From contig CAWKHF010000002.1 in NCBI GenBank assembly GCA_963849325.1, positions 288,001 through 352,000 on the forward strand: 64,000 nt of DNA, read 5' to 3'. The translations under genes were made by a program, and so were the position numbers. Below, in pieces: positions 60,231 to 64,000 of this stretch. The notes under the pieces are model-generated. The model had not been told where the DNA came from and made no database searches. It worked only from the letters and a program-made list of their open reading frames with translations. The stretch comes from an uncultured Planctomycetota bacterium (GTDB lineage: Bacteria > Planctomycetota > Planctomycetia > Gemmatales > Gemmataceae). Numbering within the stretch: the first letter of the stretch is position 1; each line of letters begins with the position of its first letter.

Positions 60231-63062
60231 GTGCCCGCACGCAAGAAGCAAGCGACCCCCGACGAAGCTCCGCCGGCGACCAGCCGCAAGAAAGCGTCCC
60301 CGTCCGGCAGCCGTTCGCGTCTCAGCACCAAACCGCGAGCGACCAACGGCAAGGGCAAGCAAAGACCTGGTCATCGTCGAATCGCCGGCCAAGGCCAAGA
60401 CGATCAACAAGTATCTCGGGTCGAACTTCAAGGTGCTGGCCAGCTACGGCCACGTCCGCGATCTGCCGCGCCGCCGCCGGCCCGGCGAGAAGATCGCCGG
60501 CGTGGACATCGACAAGGGCTGGGTGCCGACCTACGTCGTCGTCGATCGCGCCGAGTCCAACGGCAAGGGCGCGTCGCGGCGGCGCACGGCCAAGGACATC
60601 CTCGCTGAGCTGAAGCGCGAGGCGGCGAAGTCGAACCACATTTACCTGGCGACCGACCCTGACCGTGAGGGCGAGGCCATCGCCTGGCACATCGAGGACG
60701 CCCTGGGATTGGACGACGATCCGCGCGTCTTCCGCATCACCTTCAACGAGATCACGCGCTCGGCAGTGCAGCACGCCCTGGCCCAGCCGGGCAAGATCGA
60801 CATGGACCGCGTTCACGCCCAGGAGGCGCGGCGCATCCTCGATCGCGTCGTCGGCTATCCGCTGAGCAATCTGCTGAGCAAGAAGGTGGCGCGCCGCTCC
60901 AGCGCCGGTCGCGTGCAATCGGTGGCCCTGCGCCTGGTGGTCGATCGCGAGCGCGAGATCGAGGCGTTCGTGCCGACCGAATACTGGAAGATCCTCGCTT
61001 TGCTGGCTCCGACCGGCACAGTCTCCGTAACCCCAAAGCCATTCTCGATAGTGCCGGCGCAAGCGAAGGGAACCACGGCCGAGGCGAAGACCGAGGAGGG
61101 GGCCGAACCAAAGACGGCCAAGCCCGAACTGCCGCCGGGCTCGTTCCTCGCGGAGTTGGCCGAGTGGAACGGCAAAAAGTTCGAGGCCGCCAATGAGGAG
61201 ATGGCCACGGCTATCGCCCGCGCCCTCGACCAGGCGAAGTACGTCGTCGCCAAGCTGGAGCAGAAGGACCGCGCCGAGAGACCGCAAGCGCCGTTCACCA
61301 CGAGCACTTTGCAACAGCAAGCGTTCCTGCGGCTGCGCTTCAGCGGCGACCGCACCATGAAAGCGGCCCAGAAGCTGTATGAGGGCGTCGATCTGGGCAG
61401 CGAGGGTTCGGTGGCCCTCATCACCTACATGCGTACCGACAGCACGCGCGTCTCCGCCGACGCCCTGCAAGCCGTGCGCGGCGCACATCGACAGCCAGTA
61501 CGGCTCGAACTATGTGCCGGCCAGCCCGCACACCTACGCCTCGGGAAAGAGTGCTCAAGAAGCGCACGAGGCGATCCGGCCGACCGACCTGACCTACACG
61601 CCGGATCGCGTCGCCCGGCTCGGCCTGCACGGCGATCAGTTGCGGCTGTACACGCTGATCTATCAACGGTTCGTGGCCAGCCAGATGGCCGCGGCCGTGT
61701 TCGCCGTCACCAACGTGGAAGTGCTGGCCACGCCGTCCGACGACGCCCAGGGGCCGCGCGGTCTGCTCAAGGCGCAGGGCAAGGTGCTCAAGTTCGACGG
61801 CTATCGCAAGGTGTTGCCGCCGGCCGGCAAGCAGGAGGACGCCACGCTGCCGGCCCTGAGCGAGCAGCAAAAGCTCGATCGGCTGGACCTGACGGCCAGC
61901 CAGCACTTCACGCAGCCGCCGCCGCGCTACAACGAGGCGTCGCTGGTCAAGGCGCTGGAGAAGGAGGGCATCGGCCGGCCGAGCACCTACGCCACCATCA
62001 TCCACAAGATCACCTCGCCGGAGCGCGGCTACATCGAGGTCAAGGACCGCCGCTTCTACGCCACCCAGATCGGCAAGAACGTGACCGACCTGCTCATCGA
62101 GCACTTCCCGAAGGTCATGGACCTCAAGTTCACCAGCCATCTGGAGGAGGAATTGGATCAGATCGAGACGAAGCAGGCGCACTACAACGAGGTGCTCAAC
62201 GAGTTCTGGGGTCCGTTCTCCGAGGCGCTGAAATCGGCCGAGGACAAGATGCCGTCCCATCGCGGCGTCGAGACAGGCGAGACGTGCCCGCAGTGCGGCA
62301 AAGCCGCTGGTGCGCAACTACAGCAAAAAGACGCACCGTTACTTCGTCGGCTGTTCCGGCTTCAAGGAGGGCTGCAAGTACATCAAGCCGGAGGAGGGCG
62401 ACGAAGCGCGGCCGCAGCCGGTCGAGACGGAGTACAAGTGTCCGACCTGCGGCAAGACGATGCTGGAGCGCATGGGCAAGAGCGGGCCGTTCCTCGGTTG
62501 CAGCGGCTACCCGGAGTGCAAGACGACGATGAACTTCGGTCCCGACGGCCAGCCGGTGCTGTCGGCGGTGCCGACCGAGCACACCTGCGAGAAATGCGGT
62601 CAGCCGATGGTGATCCGGCAAGGCAAGCGCGGCCCATTTTTGGCCTGCACCGGCTATCCCAAGTGCAAGAACGCCAAGGACGTGGACGGCCAGGGCAACC
62701 CGGTCAAGCCGATCGACACCGGCATCGCCTGCGAGAAATGCGGCTCGCCGATGACGGTCAAGAAGGGTTTCCGCGGCCCGTTCCTGGGATGCAGCAACTA
62801 TCCCAAGTGCCGCAGCACCAAGCCGATTCCGCCGGAGATGAAGGAACAGCTCAAGGATTTGTTGCCGGCGCGGCGCCGAAGAAAGACGCTGCCGGACGTC
62901 AAGGTTGAGGAGCCGTGTCCGGAGTGCGGCGGGCCGATGAAGCTACGTCACGCTCGCAAGGGCTATTTTCTCGGCTGCGCCAAGTATCCCAAGTGCAAGG
63001 GCACGCGCGAGGCGTCGCCGGAATTGCTCGAACAGTTGCAGGAAGCCGGCGCGACGCCGTGA
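60231..63062 (+). CDS. topA: Type IA DNA topoisomerase I with five zinc ribbons (multiple frameshifts)
   Basis: LVIVESPAKAKTI, GHVRDL, ATDPDREGEAI, SAGRVQS, ITYMRTDS, QEAHEAIRPT, GIGRPSTY; C4 repeats. Confidence 0.96.
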
Positions 63063-63107
63063 GGCAAGTCGCTTGCGGCTTGACGCCAAGCCGCAAGCGG
63101 CTCAATC

Positions 63108-63567
63108 TTACGTTCCCGGATACAGGCTGTTGATCGTTAATTCGACTTGTTCGCGGTCACCGCGGAAGGTGGCGGTGAAGAATTGAAGGAAGCCGGCGAA
63201 GCCGAGCAGAGGCAGATGGAGCTTCGTGGGAGTGAAACCACCCAGGCCGGCCACTCTCGCCGTTCCATTCCATCGGTGATGCGCAAGGCAACCGGAGCGT
63301 AGCGAAGCGGAGCGTTCGCCAGGGTCGCCGTGCCGCCTGGCCAGCGGGGGCGTGCGGTCAGATCCAGACCGATGCGCGCCGCCACGATCTTCGGGGAATA
63401 CCGTATCATCCGCGCCGGTATCGAGAAGTCCTTCCAGAGCGGATGCGTCCGCTCGGGCCAACCACGCGAAACGAGTAATCAAAGGGCGTGGACGGGACCA
63501 TCGCCCTCCGAGCGACACGACAGCGTGAGGAACAGCGATGATCTGTGTAGGGGAACAGAAGGCTCAT
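63108..63567 (-). CDS. Retropepsin-like aspartyl protease domain protein (frameshifted)
   Basis: RPLI..GLLDTGADDTVFP and LLGFAGFLQFF motifs. Confidence 0.7.
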
Positions 63568-63818
63568 CAAATGCAAGCTCACGTCGGGAGGATCGATATA
63601 GGCGTGGACGACTTGGCTGAAATGAATTCCCGCTGCCTCCAGCGTGGCATCGAGTTCTTCCAGCGTATCGCCGCTGGCCAGGATGCGCGTGCCGTCCGGG
63701 CTGAACGCCACGTGCTTCCCCCAGTACTTCGCCAATTCTTCCAGACGGGAACTTGACTCCGGTTCTCCTCGTAATGACTCAGATCGGGCGGTTCCATTCT
63801 CTCGCCGTTGCTGCTCAT
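63567..63818 (-). CDS. DUF5678-like small protein (frameshifted)
   Basis: AKYWGKHVAFSPDGTRILASGDTLEEL motif; GGAG SD before the ATG at 63818. Confidence 0.65.
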
Positions 63819-63908
63819 GAGATGGTCACTCCTGCAACGACGGTGACCGGGAAACGACTGCTCTCCTCGCCATTGTAACCTTCGACTCTCCTCCGGCCGC
63901 AGATCGAC

Positions 63909-64000
63909 TCATTCTCCGCCGCGACGCTCCCATTCATCCAGTTCGCGCAAACGGCGATCCGCATCGAAAACCGGCGGCGGCAGCGCCTCGGCCAAGCGCA
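63909..64000 (-). CDS. 3' end of an unidentified CDS
   Basis: ..LAEALPPPVFDADRRLRELDEWERRGGE* runs in from the window edge. Confidence 0.35.
   Translation of the reverse strand, partial: RLAEALPPPVFDADRRLRELDEWERRGGE

Noticed and set aside
374-63818. Mass pseudogenisation or programmed frameshifting
   Set aside because: Essential genes are affected, no consistent slippery motifs are seen, and the pattern fits long-read indel errors

Overview
High-GC bacterial chromosomal window, almost certainly from a planctomycete (probably Gemmataceae-like). This rests on the PVC small basic protein, LEPRxLL-type secreted proteins, DUF4058 and an ECF sigma factor with a long C-terminal extension. It is mostly housekeeping: rpmF-plsX-fabD-acpP-fabF-moeB, dgt, dusB, dtd, dxr-rseP, csrA, hutIG and topA. 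Accessory genes include larA, M48/S53/HtrA proteases, a di-heme cytochrome c, znuA/znuC, hicBA, two ECF systems, a DUF5985 module and an RlmN paralog. More than 20 genes, several of them essential, carry single-base frameshifts, which points to uncorrected long-read indels; many coordinates are therefore reconstructed across frames. No rRNA, tRNA, CRISPR array or transposase was seen. The main signals not explained by the ORF track are: (1) a candidate sigma54-driven ~265-nt sRNA at ~56.25-56.51 kb built from hairpins that repeatedly expose UCCCC(C) loops; (2) an ArsC-like UxxC selenoprotein with an in-frame TGA and a SECIS-like hairpin directly behind moeB; (3) an ADP-ribosyltransferase-like gene plus a partner domain inserted into the fatty-acid operon, which lacks fabG; (4) a structured csrA 3' region; (5) many REP-like palindrome families and fold-back tandem micro-repeats. 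Family assignments come from motif recognition by eye, not from database searches.
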